Of a DNA stretch of 64,000 nt, positions 32,383 through 42,650 are shown in pieces. A program made the translations under genes and the position numbers. Location: contig OZ316892.1 in the NCBI GenBank assembly GCA_973895155.1, positions 4,362,510 to 4,426,509 of the forward strand. The letters run 5' to 3'. The notes under the pieces were generated by a model. The model saw only the letters and a list, made by a program, of their open reading frames with translations. It did no database searches and was not told where the DNA came from. Each line of letters starts with the position of its first letter. Position 1 is the first letter of the stretch. Origin of the DNA: Marsupella aquatica. Taxonomy: Eukaryota > Plantae > Marchantiophyta.

Positions 32383-33009
32383 TTGACTTCTTGGTCTCTT
32401 GTATCGCCTGTTTGGACGTGTAGTCCGTTTGCTCGTATATCTCTAAAACTGAGGAGATTACGAGTTGCATTCGGGGCAAAAATAGCAACCGCATTTTCCA
32501 GAAGAGTTATCCTGCTCTTTTTGAAAACCGGTGGAGTAAAACGTTTTATACTGCACTACTGTCATGTTGTGAAGGGAAATCCTGCTTATGAACCAGAATT
32601 CTATGCCCACAACAGACATAGAGCATTCGATGAGATTCAGGATGTGATTGACCAGCTGGACAATCCTCTTGCCACCAAGTTTTTCATTGACACTGGTGGG
32701 AAGTTATATTCGTACAAGACTCGTCAACTCCCCCCTCGGCCTCTGTGTGCATTATTTAGGTTAGTTTATGTATCTTGTTTATGGACAAATGTCCTTGACA
32801 ATGGTGAGATGTGTCAGTGTTGCACAAATGCCTGTTGTGACGTTCCATCACGCCGCTATTCAGTAGCTATAGTTAATCCTGAGACCGGTGCCACAGATTT
32901 TTATTGGCTGTGGGCCTATGATCATAGGATCACTCATATACCCCACTGGCCCAAGAAGCATATCTCTAGCTTCGCTGTAGCGCGGTTTAATCTTGGGTGG
33001 GATGATTGA
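32383..33009 (+). other. Orphan intronless Cys/aromatic-rich ORF of unknown identity
   Basis: 208-codon open frame with protein-like composition (HRAFDEIQDVIDQLDNPLATKFFIDTGG, MCQCCTNACCDVPSRRYS). No family recognised. Confidence 0.35.
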
Positions 33010-33219
33010 TTAGGCACATTATCACATGTACACTCGACCGTCAATTTAAAGAAGGCTCACTTCTGGTTTGAACCACTTTTATGATAATCTTATCGGTCCT
33101 ATGCATTGCGGGTCTCTTGTCCTCATGTGTTATGAGATGTCGTGTCCACATGTGCTGTGAGATTGGAGCGATAATTTTATTGCTCTTTGCATTGAAATTG
33201 TTTATTTGCAAACTTTGCC

Positions 33220-33678
33220 ATGGCTGCTAGTGGAAAGAGTGGATCTGCCAAGGCCGAGAGTCTCATGACAAGCCTCACCAATGCAATTTGGACGAGTGAA
33301 GACATTTGTGAAGAGGTCAAGTGTATCAAGAAGCCATGGTACTTCCGTGACGCCAGATTATAGTCCACGGGTTTTGAAGATTGTCCTACCCCAATCCTTT
33401 GGATCCAGTTGCAAAAATCGGCAAAGGTTAATGTTTCGTATGGCCCAGTGATTGCTGTGGCCGTTGTCGAGTTCATTGTTGGCCACGGGGAGGGAAAAGT
33501 GTTGACAGAGGGCCTTAGTTTCTTGACAATGTGTGGGCGCAAGGGTTTCACATATGTCATTGTTACTCTAGAAAACTTTGATGAGAAATCGATTAACAAT
33601 TATCCAGAGGATCCCCTTGTCACCGAAGTTCAGACAGCAAGAAAGATGAATGTTATGGGTTCGGCTTGGGTGTGCTAG
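33220..33678 (+). pseudogene. Orphan ORF (~152 codons) interrupted by one in-frame TAG
   Basis: ATG in good context (gccATGGct) at 33220 reads MAASGKSGSAKAESLMTSLTNAIW...; TAG at 33361; the same frame continues through the 33409-33678 ORF. Confidence 0.4.
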
Positions 33679-34813
33679 TATGTCGGACCAAGAGGCAACG
33701 GAGTGTTGTATAGGACATTATGACCCAAAAAACTGTTAGTTCATCTATGTATATACCAATATTGACGCTCAAAACTATCGAGCATGATGTGAAAACTATA
33801 TAAAGATTATAACAGAAAAATTTATTCTCCTTTAGACACCCTAAACGTCATGCTCAAACTAACTTAAATTATATTGAATTGTACTTTGATTTGGATGTCT
33901 AGTAGTAACAAACTATCGATAAAGGAGCACATCATGTCAAGGGTTCCATGCATTGTCACGTCGTCGGCTTAGTCTTTAAGCCAGTTTACGGCTAAGAGAG
34001 ACATCTCCTTCGTTAGAATTTGGGTTCGGGTAGGGAGGGACGTACGGAGTGCCTATATTTCTCATAAACTAGCGCTAAGGATGCATATATTTCTTTACGA
34101 GCAATCTTAGGTATACTTTCTGTTCGTCGACACGGGGTCGACCCCGACTTATAGACTTCTAAGCCTTTGTGTTACCGCCTTTGATCCGGGTCCATTAGTA
34201 CCAGTGCTCAACCCGGGCTCGCAACCCCGTACCCGTAACCTGCACCCCGTGCACAGCTGGTAGAACGTGTCTGGCCAAGCGTTGACACTCATACACGAGA
34301 CTCATCCATGCATTCATATATAAACACAAAGTCTCGATTTACATGAAGGAATTGAAGGGAAAGGACTTCATTCATAAATAAGCGTACACTTATGATTGGG
34401 TGACCTGACACCTCGTGAACGACCGGGCCCAAAGTCGGGAGGTATAAACTACAACAGAGCCCAGCTCCGCACCCGCCTGACGAGCTTAGTCATATACCTT
34501 CCCCTTGGTACCTCCGTTATCTCACCGAGTTTGGGATTCCCCGTGCGTAGCGTGGATGACAGATTCCTGACTCTAAAGTCCCCCCCCTTGCCTCTACCGG
34601 GGGGCTGCTAAATACTAAGGGCTGAGGACCAAGATGGCCTCGTGCCCGAATCCACGCTAACTTAGATCCCTACTGAGCCGGGTACGGCTTGTCCTATTGG
34701 GCTGACCTATTCTATACAGGCTCACTAAGGTGTCTACCGCTATCTTCTGGCCGGCCATTGTCCTAGCAGCCTATTTTAGCCACCCGTAGTTCTATTCTAA
34801 CCCTAACCCGCCG

Positions 34814-37341
34814 CTAATACTTGGCGTGCTTGCCAGAGCCGTCCGAGTGGGAGCGGCCATTCCGCTGCCTCTGAAGTCTGCCATTGTCCATCTTGAGGAG
34901 TTGGACTTGGTCATGCAGAGATTCGTTCTCTCGCTTTGCCACGTCCGTCTCCTCAGCTACCTCTTAGCATGCCTCTTCCAGTTGTTGGGCGTCGCTCGTC
35001 AGCTTCTCCACCAATTGGTTGTGTTTCTGGGCTTTGGTTTGAAGCCGTGCCACCTCAGCTTTGAGGACTCCAACCTCCTCTATGTCTCGTTGGGCCCCTC
35101 GTTGGCTTCCTCCAGGTCCTTTTGCCAACTAACAGTCTGATTCTTCACTCTGTCAACTTGGGCCCGGAGCCATGCAATCTCGGCCTCCTTCCCAGCTTTG
35201 GCCTGTTTGGCTAAGGCGGTAAGGGCGCGTGCCTCAGCCAATGACTATTTGGCGGCTGCAACTTTGGGTCGTAGTTGCAGAAGCTCAGCCCTCTTGAGTC
35301 TCAATCTCACCCTTCAGGTACACGGACTCAACCAGGTATCGTTCTATCCTCTGAAGGGCCTCTGACTGGGCCCGACCTACTTTCACCGCGGTAACCAACT
35401 CTTGGTTGAAGAAGTAGGCTACCTTCCAGGCCATGAACTCTCCGGTATCTCGGAAAATCTGTTGGGAGAAATCTCCCAGTAAACCATTCAAAAATGTGCC
35501 ATGTACGAAGAGTTTTGGGTGGTCCAGGTTGTGCCCGTCTGAAGTTGGGCACGGGCAGACATCAACTCGCACCGTAGCTGGGGTAGTGACGTCCAGCTGC
35601 GAGAACGTAGTGTTGGATGGGGCTAGAGTGTCCTTTTCCATCCTCGTGTTGGCCTCTAGACTGGCTACGGGCGGGTCTTCTGGATCCTCGGGCTTGGGCA
35701 AGGCCTCCACCACCCCGTTCTCTGTGCTCGGCCCGGCCTGGTTTATTGCGTCTAAGGTCGCAATCACGGCCTCGTCCGGTATCTCTTCAGCTACAGCTAC
35801 GGTCATCGGTGGAGGTGGAGTGGGTGAGGCTGGCATGGCCGCTGGACTTTGGGCCTCTGGTTGAGGCCGTCTCTCTAGGGCCTAGAAGACCCACCTAGTT
35901 GGGACCAACTTCTGCTCGTTGACCCGTGGAAGGGTTTGTCGATTGAACCGGGCGTACCACTCGAGAATGATCTTGATGTGGCTCGCAAAATATGCCTTCC
36001 CGCCGATGTACAGCACCTTCCTTCGCCGTTCCATCTCCTCATGGAACTTCTTAGTGAAGTACGATGCCCACTTCCTGGGCCGATAGTTCTCCACTTGGAT
36101 GACCTGGGCGGCGGGGATCTCACCCTAGGGTTCCATCATGTGGAGGGCGTACCTCTGGAACTCCAATCGCTTGGCAATCTCGGGTATGAGGCAGGTCCTC
36201 ATTATGAACCCATTGTCCATGGACCCCTCGGAGGGAAAGCTCGAGGATCGGTACTTGGCTCCCTTGCCCCCGAGAGCCCGTGACTCTACCCGTTGTTCTC
36301 CCTTGGGTAGGCCAAAGATCATCCTGAGTCGCTCCTCCGTGAGGGCCATATTCCTCCCCCGTACCCGAGTTTGATGACGGACCTCGTCGTAGTTTTTTAC
36401 GAACTTTGTCATCTCGTCCCCGTAATACTTGCAGGTGTTCCAGGGGAGGGCGGCAAGGTGTTTGAACCCCTGGGGGTCAGGTACATCGCATGCTTGGGGT
36501 GGAGGATTTTCTTATGCACATTTTCCCCCATACGGTGCATGGTCACTTTGGCCACGGCCACCGTGGCCAAGGCTAACCCGGATATAGCTGCGGGTTCCTT
36601 CCTCTTTTGCCCCCTCGCTTGGCCTCCATGGTGGCTCGGAGAGGGTGACATCTCCCCATCCTCCCGATCAGGTATCGGTAGCGCTACCGCCGTTAGTATT
36701 GGAGCCAGAGTGGCTATGGTTACTGTGTTATCTACCGGAGCCGCTACTCGGGTTTGGGCCCTGGGAGGGGGCGATGCCGTGTTTGCTCCCTACGTGCTTG
36801 GTCTGGGCCGCCGGAGCAGTGGTGGGGCAGTCTCGTCATCGTCGCTGATGTCCACAACGTTGATGACGGGGCGCACTTGGAGGGACGGGGCGGCCGGCGG
36901 TGGGGATTGGCTTGGCTGAGGTGGAGCCTGAGCCTGTGTTGCCGTGGGTGGGAGCGCGGGCACGGGCACAGTTGGTCGGGCGCCAGGCAATGGTAAGGTG
37001 GCCATAGAGTTCTGCCTTGATGATCGAGCTACGTAGAACTCGCTGTTGATGGTGGCCTGGACCCAAGCGGGAATGTGATCGAAGTGATGCCACTGTAAGT
37101 CGATCGTGCCCGGGATAGTGAAGACTGAATCTGTAAGCCGAAGTAAAGCTTCCCAAAAGCCGATGTATTTACCCCCATCAAAGAAGTACTCGGAAAATTT
37201 GTCAGGTTGGTAAAGCTCACTCTGGGACGGGTAGTCAAAGTTAAGGATGTAGTGGTGGCAACCTGCTACGCGAATGGACCTCTCGTACTCGTGTTCGATC
37301 TCGTATCGGCGCGGGTTGACATGTTTTAATGAGTCGGCCAA
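34814..37341 (-). pseudogene. Decayed ~840-codon accessory ORF resembling extra ORFs of Ty3/gypsy (Tat/Athila-type) elements
   Basis: ORF-track pieces 36790-37341, 36409-36651, 36125-36412, 35882-36094 and 35285-35836 are collinear and mostly in frame across single stops. Layout: globular N-terminus, Pro-rich linker, FVKNYD...VRGRNMALTEERLRMIFGLP core, acidic linker, C-terminal coiled coil (LKAEVARLQTK...ENESLHDQVQLLKMDNGRL) ending at TAG 34814. Confidence 0.7.
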
Positions 37342-37496
37342 GAGACTCTTGATGGATAGGAACTACGTCCAAAATCGTATGGCCAAACTAGAAACGATTA
37401 TGTGCAACATTAACAGGAGATAGAAGATGACTAAGGCTGGGCAAGAGGACTGAGGTCGAAGCTGGCGCGTGGTCAAAAGAAGTGGTGTGCTGCAAA

Positions 37497-37519
37497 GGGT
37501 CGGCCCTCTTTTTATACCC
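37497..37519 (-). promoter_or_regulatory. TATA box of LTR-promoter type
   Basis: Minus strand GGGTATAAAAAGAGGGCCGACCC, ~345 bp inside the right terminus and ~170 bp upstream of the accessory ORF. Confidence 0.55.
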
Positions 37520-39675
37520 TGAGAGCTCGTCGGTCTCCCGATGCCTCCTCTTTGTTGATAGGCCGAGTCCTTCACGCTCGCAGTGTACCGGCCACGTTGC
37601 TAGTCCGGGTCAGCGGCCACCCTCTAGAGTTTGTTATACGGACCCGAGGGGGCTCCATTACACGCTCTCATCTCGGGCGTGCAAATGGTGACTCGCCGCC
37701 AGCCCGAACGTGAATGCCCTTATGGACTAATAATTCTCTACTAATAATGACTACCTAAGTACTATCATTACGCTAATTATTACGATCTAAGATACCCCTA
37801 ACGCGCGTGCTAAGCCTGGTTAGGCCAAACTACTCATTAACCGCCGTACTGGCGGCGTCACATGCATCTTCCAAAGTACTACCTAGAAGATTGTAAATGA
37901 TTGTGTGGATTGACCAAAGGTTAACATCCTCACGTAGAGTGATGTGAGCAAAAAGATATACTCTTGCAACTATCAAATGCAATACACTCTGGTTATTTGA
38001 ATGCTCTAACCAATGATGAAGAGTTTGACATATTGTAAATTTTGATTGAACCGCCTTAGACCATTAGAGAATGACAACTTGATAATGATTGGATGCTAGA
38101 GAGACTAAGTTGTAGTTTGGTTAGATTGAGTATGGCTAAATTAATTATGATTGGATGAAGACAAGGCTCTCGTCCCTGAGATGCTTTGCTTAATTCAAGT
38201 GTTGATGTATAAGACGTTTGTTATATTTTAATAAGATAAGATATTGTCGTCCTACCTTAAACTGTGTTTGGAGGTATTTGGAGATTAGTTAAAGAATTGG
38301 CACAGTAAATGTTTGAATATTGGTCCCATTCTTTAACCTTTGCATGCACTCACTCATAAAGTAGGCACCATCTTCAGCCTTGCTGTTTTTGCAAGGCCAT
38401 TCTCTGGTGCTTCTTCCATCAGCCTGAGCTCGTTTGAGAAGGACAACACTATGGGGATCGCGTTGGAGACATGAGAGTAGACATCATTCATAGCCTGTTT
38501 GAACGAATTTCTATGAGCTCTCTGGATTGGCAATTGCTGCTATGAACAGTTTCCGACACTGGACACAAGCAAGTTCGGATGTGAACTGCAGTGGGACGTG
38601 AAGTTGGTCACCGCTTTTGCTAGCTCTGGGAAATGGAAACTTCCAGCTCAGATCTCGACGTTGCTGCTGTACATCCACTTATCTGTTAGTGAACCAAAAG
38701 TTAAAGCAGCTGCTCGTTGCATTCCGGTAAGTGCTCCGGATGAACTCAAACCTGCTCCAAAACGTTTTGGTTTCAGTTTTTTTTTATGATTCGGGTCCAA
38801 GTGGCATTGTTGAGTCCTCTGGGACATCCAAATTCAATTCATTAATTGATTCTGTCCGTCAAGGAGTACTGCAAATCCTGCATACGAATCCCCACTTCTA
38901 CCATCACAAAGATTTGGTGTCTCCAAAACTTTATATCTCAGATTCTCCTGTTTTGCGATTTTTCTAGCTGTGCATACGGATGGGAAGCCTTCAAACATCA
39001 GGACACCCCCCATAAAATTCTTTTAACATACTTGCTGTCTTCTCCTTTCTGGCCCTTGCCACATTTGGTAGTCGTAGACGTTCAATTCAACTTAATTTGA
39101 AACAAGATAGTCCCATTAATGTGAATTTCAATGATGTAAGTTGCAGTTTTCTCGTGATCTTTTAATGAGCTCCAGTCGTTCAATCATGACTCTAAACTCC
39201 ATTCAGCCGGATGCATTTCTCAATTGACAACACGATTTCGGACCGACCGAGAAGTGTGTCGGAGTTCTCGTTTAGCCCGATCCCGTTTTTTTTCTAAGGC
39301 AATGCAATGACCAATAAAACTGGCAAAAACTCTTTGAAACGCCACTTTCCTCCATTGCATCGCCGCGGGAATGCAGGGAGCGATACGTGCATCGGGTTTT
39401 ACATTCCGTCAGTGAAAAAGTCCAAACTGTGAGTAACTTGGTCCAAACCGCGTAATCCAGGAATGACCACGCACTAACCCAGGTAAAGGGGAAACTTAAC
39501 CATGGTTAAGGGGAAATTAACCATGGTTTAGAGCGTCTCCTATATAAAGAGGAGCGGGCTGCCCATAAAACGTTTACTTTCGCCAGAGCAAATATCTCCT
39601 GACTGAGAGTGAATACCAAACTCCCATCAAGTCTTACATTCCTCCCAAGCGATTCGACTCTTTCTACCGAAAACC

Positions 39676-40007
39676 CGATAAATTTATCGGAACAGCCATT
39701 CCTGTTCAAGTTCTCCATGTAAGACTAACTAGTCATTTAGTGTAAAATGTCCAGATCCGAGCGGACTGCGATAAATTTATCGCATTCTACATTCCTGCGT
39801 TGCAATCATTTGATCCAGTGTTTAGAGAGGTGTTGCCTTCATTCCGATAAATTTATCGGAGTCTTCATTCCTTTCATGGAAAGAGGAGTAATTGAGAATC
39901 CGATAAATTTATCGGAGTTGTCATTTTTGTGAAAGATTGAATTCAGGGGTTAGGTGTCTGAGGAAGTCATATTTTCAATTCGAATGCGGAGTGCGATAAA
40001 CTTATCG
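39676..40007. repeat. Five dispersed copies of the 14-bp palindrome CGATAAATTTATCG
   Basis: Copies at 39676, 39769, 39845, 39901 and 39994 (one mismatch), separated by unrelated spacers. Further copies at 41216 and 41904. Confidence 0.9.
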
Positions 40008-40760
40008 CATCCTCTTGTGAGAATAATTTTCCTTTGTTTTGTTTGGAGACTCATCTTCATCTCTGATGTCGCACTGTTGCCGGGTTTAGGAGGCACAACG
40101 GAAGGTCGATTGCACTCCGTGGACAATAGGTATTGTGACAAATGGCTGTCTTCCTTGAAAATCGTGTCAAACGTGCATGCCGGTTGTACAAGAGACTCAT
40201 GCGACTCAAAGTTCTCCCCATCGGTATAGGAGCATTGTGGATGGGTGGTACTGGTCCTGGAGATAGGCAGAATCCTCTCCGCATTGAATTCTGCAGAATG
40301 AATGATGCAGGAGTTCCAATTCATTCGAGGTTGATGTTAACGGCGTGTTTACATTCTTTGGAGTTTTCTTGTAACTATTGTTGTCGTCGTCTTGACAACA
40401 AGTACCACAAATAGGCTCACTTCTGTTGTAAGATTTGGAACGAAGACCCTTGGGTGAACCTTTCACGATGAGTGTTTTGACCTTTTCATTGAGGCGCGTC
40501 TTGTAAGGACATATTTAAATAAACAAGTCCTACCCTTGCACAGCGAATATAATATGTCACGAGTCCTAATCGTTAAACTGTTGTGCAGGGTTGGTACTGT
40601 GGATGTGTTCGGTTACACCTAGTGATTGAAGATATTTTTATTGGTGGTTTTGGTAGCTCTGCTTCATGGCTGCATCAGAGAATCTAATCGTTGCAAAGAT
40701 GGGATCCGTTTTAGCCCACGAGCGTAGGAAATATATTCGAGGAAAAGTGCCCGGTGTGGA

Positions 40761-41189
40761 ATGCGGAAGTTTGTTGAATCTCACATTTGGCCCCTCCTAG
40801 CCTTGTCTTGCACACAAGATGAACACCTTGGCCTTGACCTAAAACTTCTACCAGAAGAACGACTGACTCGAATGAGAACAATCATTTGTCTTGGAGCCAC
40901 CTCAAAGAAATGGAACCATCTTGTTGTTGGTACACGATTTTGGGCGCTATTGAAATATGCAGTCCGTGAGATCAATGACATAAACAAAATGCTCGCAAGC
41001 ATTCCTAATGCCGACCTTCTCTCAAACATACATATTGCTAGGGTCTTCCAAGAGGAAACTAATTTCCTCCCTCCCATAGATATGCTTGGGTGCTTTTCGT
41101 ATGAGCAGTTAGATCAGTTTCGTAGAGTTTGGATAAATCTTGGAGAAAGCGGGAAGCGGACAATTCTTGCATGGCATGGACGAGTCTGA
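40761..41189 (+). CDS. Putative F-box-like cargo ORF inside the TIR element
   Basis: 142-aa ATG-initiated ORF. FVESHIWPLL...IICLGATSKKWNHLV resembles the F-box pattern (I..rL...l..vsk.W..lv) with a long internal loop. Confidence 0.35.
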   Translation: MRKFVESHIWPLLALSCTQDEHLGLDLKLLPEERLTRMRTIICLGATSKKWNHLVVGTRFWALLKYAVREINDINKMLASIPNADLLSNIHIARVFQEETNFLPPIDMLGCFSYEQLDQFRRVWINLGESGKRTILAWHGRV

Positions 41190-41353
41190 GTGGATGAGGT
41201 ATTGCTGCGAACATCCGATAAATTTATCGCACTCCTCATTCCTCTAGTCGATTTTGGGTGCTCTTAGGTTTGCTCGAGAAGAGCTTGTAAAGAAACACTT
41301 TGAATGTAATTGACTCTGCCTCCCCTGACTTCGGGTTGTGTGGTTCAGAGTGT

Positions 41354-41850
41354 ATTTATCTGAAGTTGGTATTGCAAAAGTGGTTCCTTCATATGGAAGT
41401 TGCAATTTGAAATTGAAGCGATAAATTTATCTGATGTTGGTATTGCAAAAGTGGTTCCTTCATATGGAAGTTGCAATTTTGAAATTGAAGCGATAAATTT
41501 ATCTGATGTTGGTATTGCAAAAGTGGTTCCTTCATATGGAAGTTGCAATTTTGAAATTGAAGCGATAAATTTATCTGATGTTGGTATTGCAAAAGTGGTT
41601 CCTTCATATGGAAGTTGCAATTTGAAATTGAAGCGATAAATTTATCTGATGTTGGTATTGCAAAAGTGGTTCCTTCATATGGAAGTTGCAATTTGAAATT
41701 GAAGCGATAAATTTATCTGATGTTGGTATTACAAAAGTGGTTCCTTCATATGGAAGTTGCAATTTTGAAATTGAAGCGATAAATTTATCTGATGTTGGTA
41801 TTGCGAAGAGTTTTCTTCATATGGATAGGAATTTTGAAATTTAACCGATG
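41354..41850. repeat. 71/72-bp tandem array (6 near-identical units plus a degenerate 7th)
   Basis: Unit atttatctgatgttggtattgcaaaagtggttccttcatatggaagttgcaattt(t)gaaattgaagcgataa starts at 41354, 41425, 41497, 41569, 41640, 41711 and 41783. Confidence 0.97.
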
Positions 41851-42650
41851 AACCGAAGGATCTTAGTATTGTCGACTAGTATTTTTGTCGCTCGTAGTTT
41901 TTGCGATAATTTTATCGGACTGCGCATTGCTGTTGAAAGAATGGCATGTTGACTATGGTCACTTGCGGAGGTAACTGGTCAATTGCGGAGGTAACTGCAA
42001 GGTAAGTTTGACAAACCGTGCAGTAATTCTTATCGACTGTGATGTAAAATATTTTTGGTAAATATCCAAAAACTGAGAAAACTGAGATTGGGTCGGAGCT
42101 TTCGTGGCTCAAATCCAGAGTCCGACACAGTTATCGCACTTGGCTCGAAACGTGGATATGGATTTATAGATAAGACCTTTCATATATCTTCGGAGAGCGT
42201 GAATATGAGGTTGAGGAGAAAGTTTTTCGAATCTAATTGTTCCTTGATAATATGAATGTTTGTTAGCATGAATTTCATTGGTTTTGATCATTATTAAATT
42301 TGCTGTTTCAATCCGAACTCCGATACGAATTACATTATTTCCCCAAAAACGTGTTTTTGATGAAAAAAACTGCCGATTTCACGAGATTTGGCGGAAAATG
42401 AAAATACACTTCTCGTTTAGAGGAAATAGTTCTCGTTCAGTCCGAAATCGTGTTTGACCATGATGTCCTGATGTTATTATCCTTTCTTCCTCGGTTGAAC
42501 ATAAACGTTGGTATTCCCTAATTAAAAATTAGTTCAACAAATGTTATCTCGACTCTTTGATCCTTGTTGGGAGTCCTCTCACAAAGCCTGGCTTCCCTCC
42601 AGATGTGGGTATCGGAGGTAAAGGATTCACAACAGAAATCATCCCACAAC

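Larger units (their letters stand above)
33954..37862 (-). mobile_element. 3.9-kb LTR-terminus-bounded insertion (candidate giant solo LTR) with 5-bp TSD
   Basis: TGCAT (33949-33953) | TGTCACGTCGTC ... GGCGGCGTCACA | TGCAT (37863-37867). The ends form an imperfect 12-bp inverted repeat. The interior is GC-rich relative to its flanks. No internal LTR pair and no gag/pol seen. Confidence 0.8.
39229..42454. mobile_element. 3.2-kb non-autonomous TIR element with 4-bp TSD (TGAC)
   Basis: Left end AACACGATTTCGGACCGACCGAGAA matches the reverse complement of the right end, AACACGATTTCGGACTGAACGAGAA (23/25). TGAC flanks both ends (39225-39228, 42455-42458). No transposase recognised. Confidence 0.8.

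Noticed and set aside
32620-32712. Resemblance of AFDEIQDVID...FFIDTGG to the Helitron PIF1 helicase motif FFIDGPGGTGKT
   Set aside because: The Walker A GKT is absent and no downstream helicase motifs follow.
32825-32865. ACCDVPSRRYS resembles the flavin monooxygenase motif CDVPSHLYS
   Set aside because: No GxGxxG Rossmann motif or other FMO/BVMO sequence is nearby; likely coincidence.
38330-39100. Protein-like interrupted frame on the minus strand
   Set aside because: It has several stops and no recognisable family, so it is too weak to call.
41354-41850. CRISPR array interpretation of the 71/72-bp repeats
   Set aside because: Units are identical along their whole length with no unique spacers. 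The context is eukaryotic and no cas genes are present. The repetitive ORFs here are by-products of the array.
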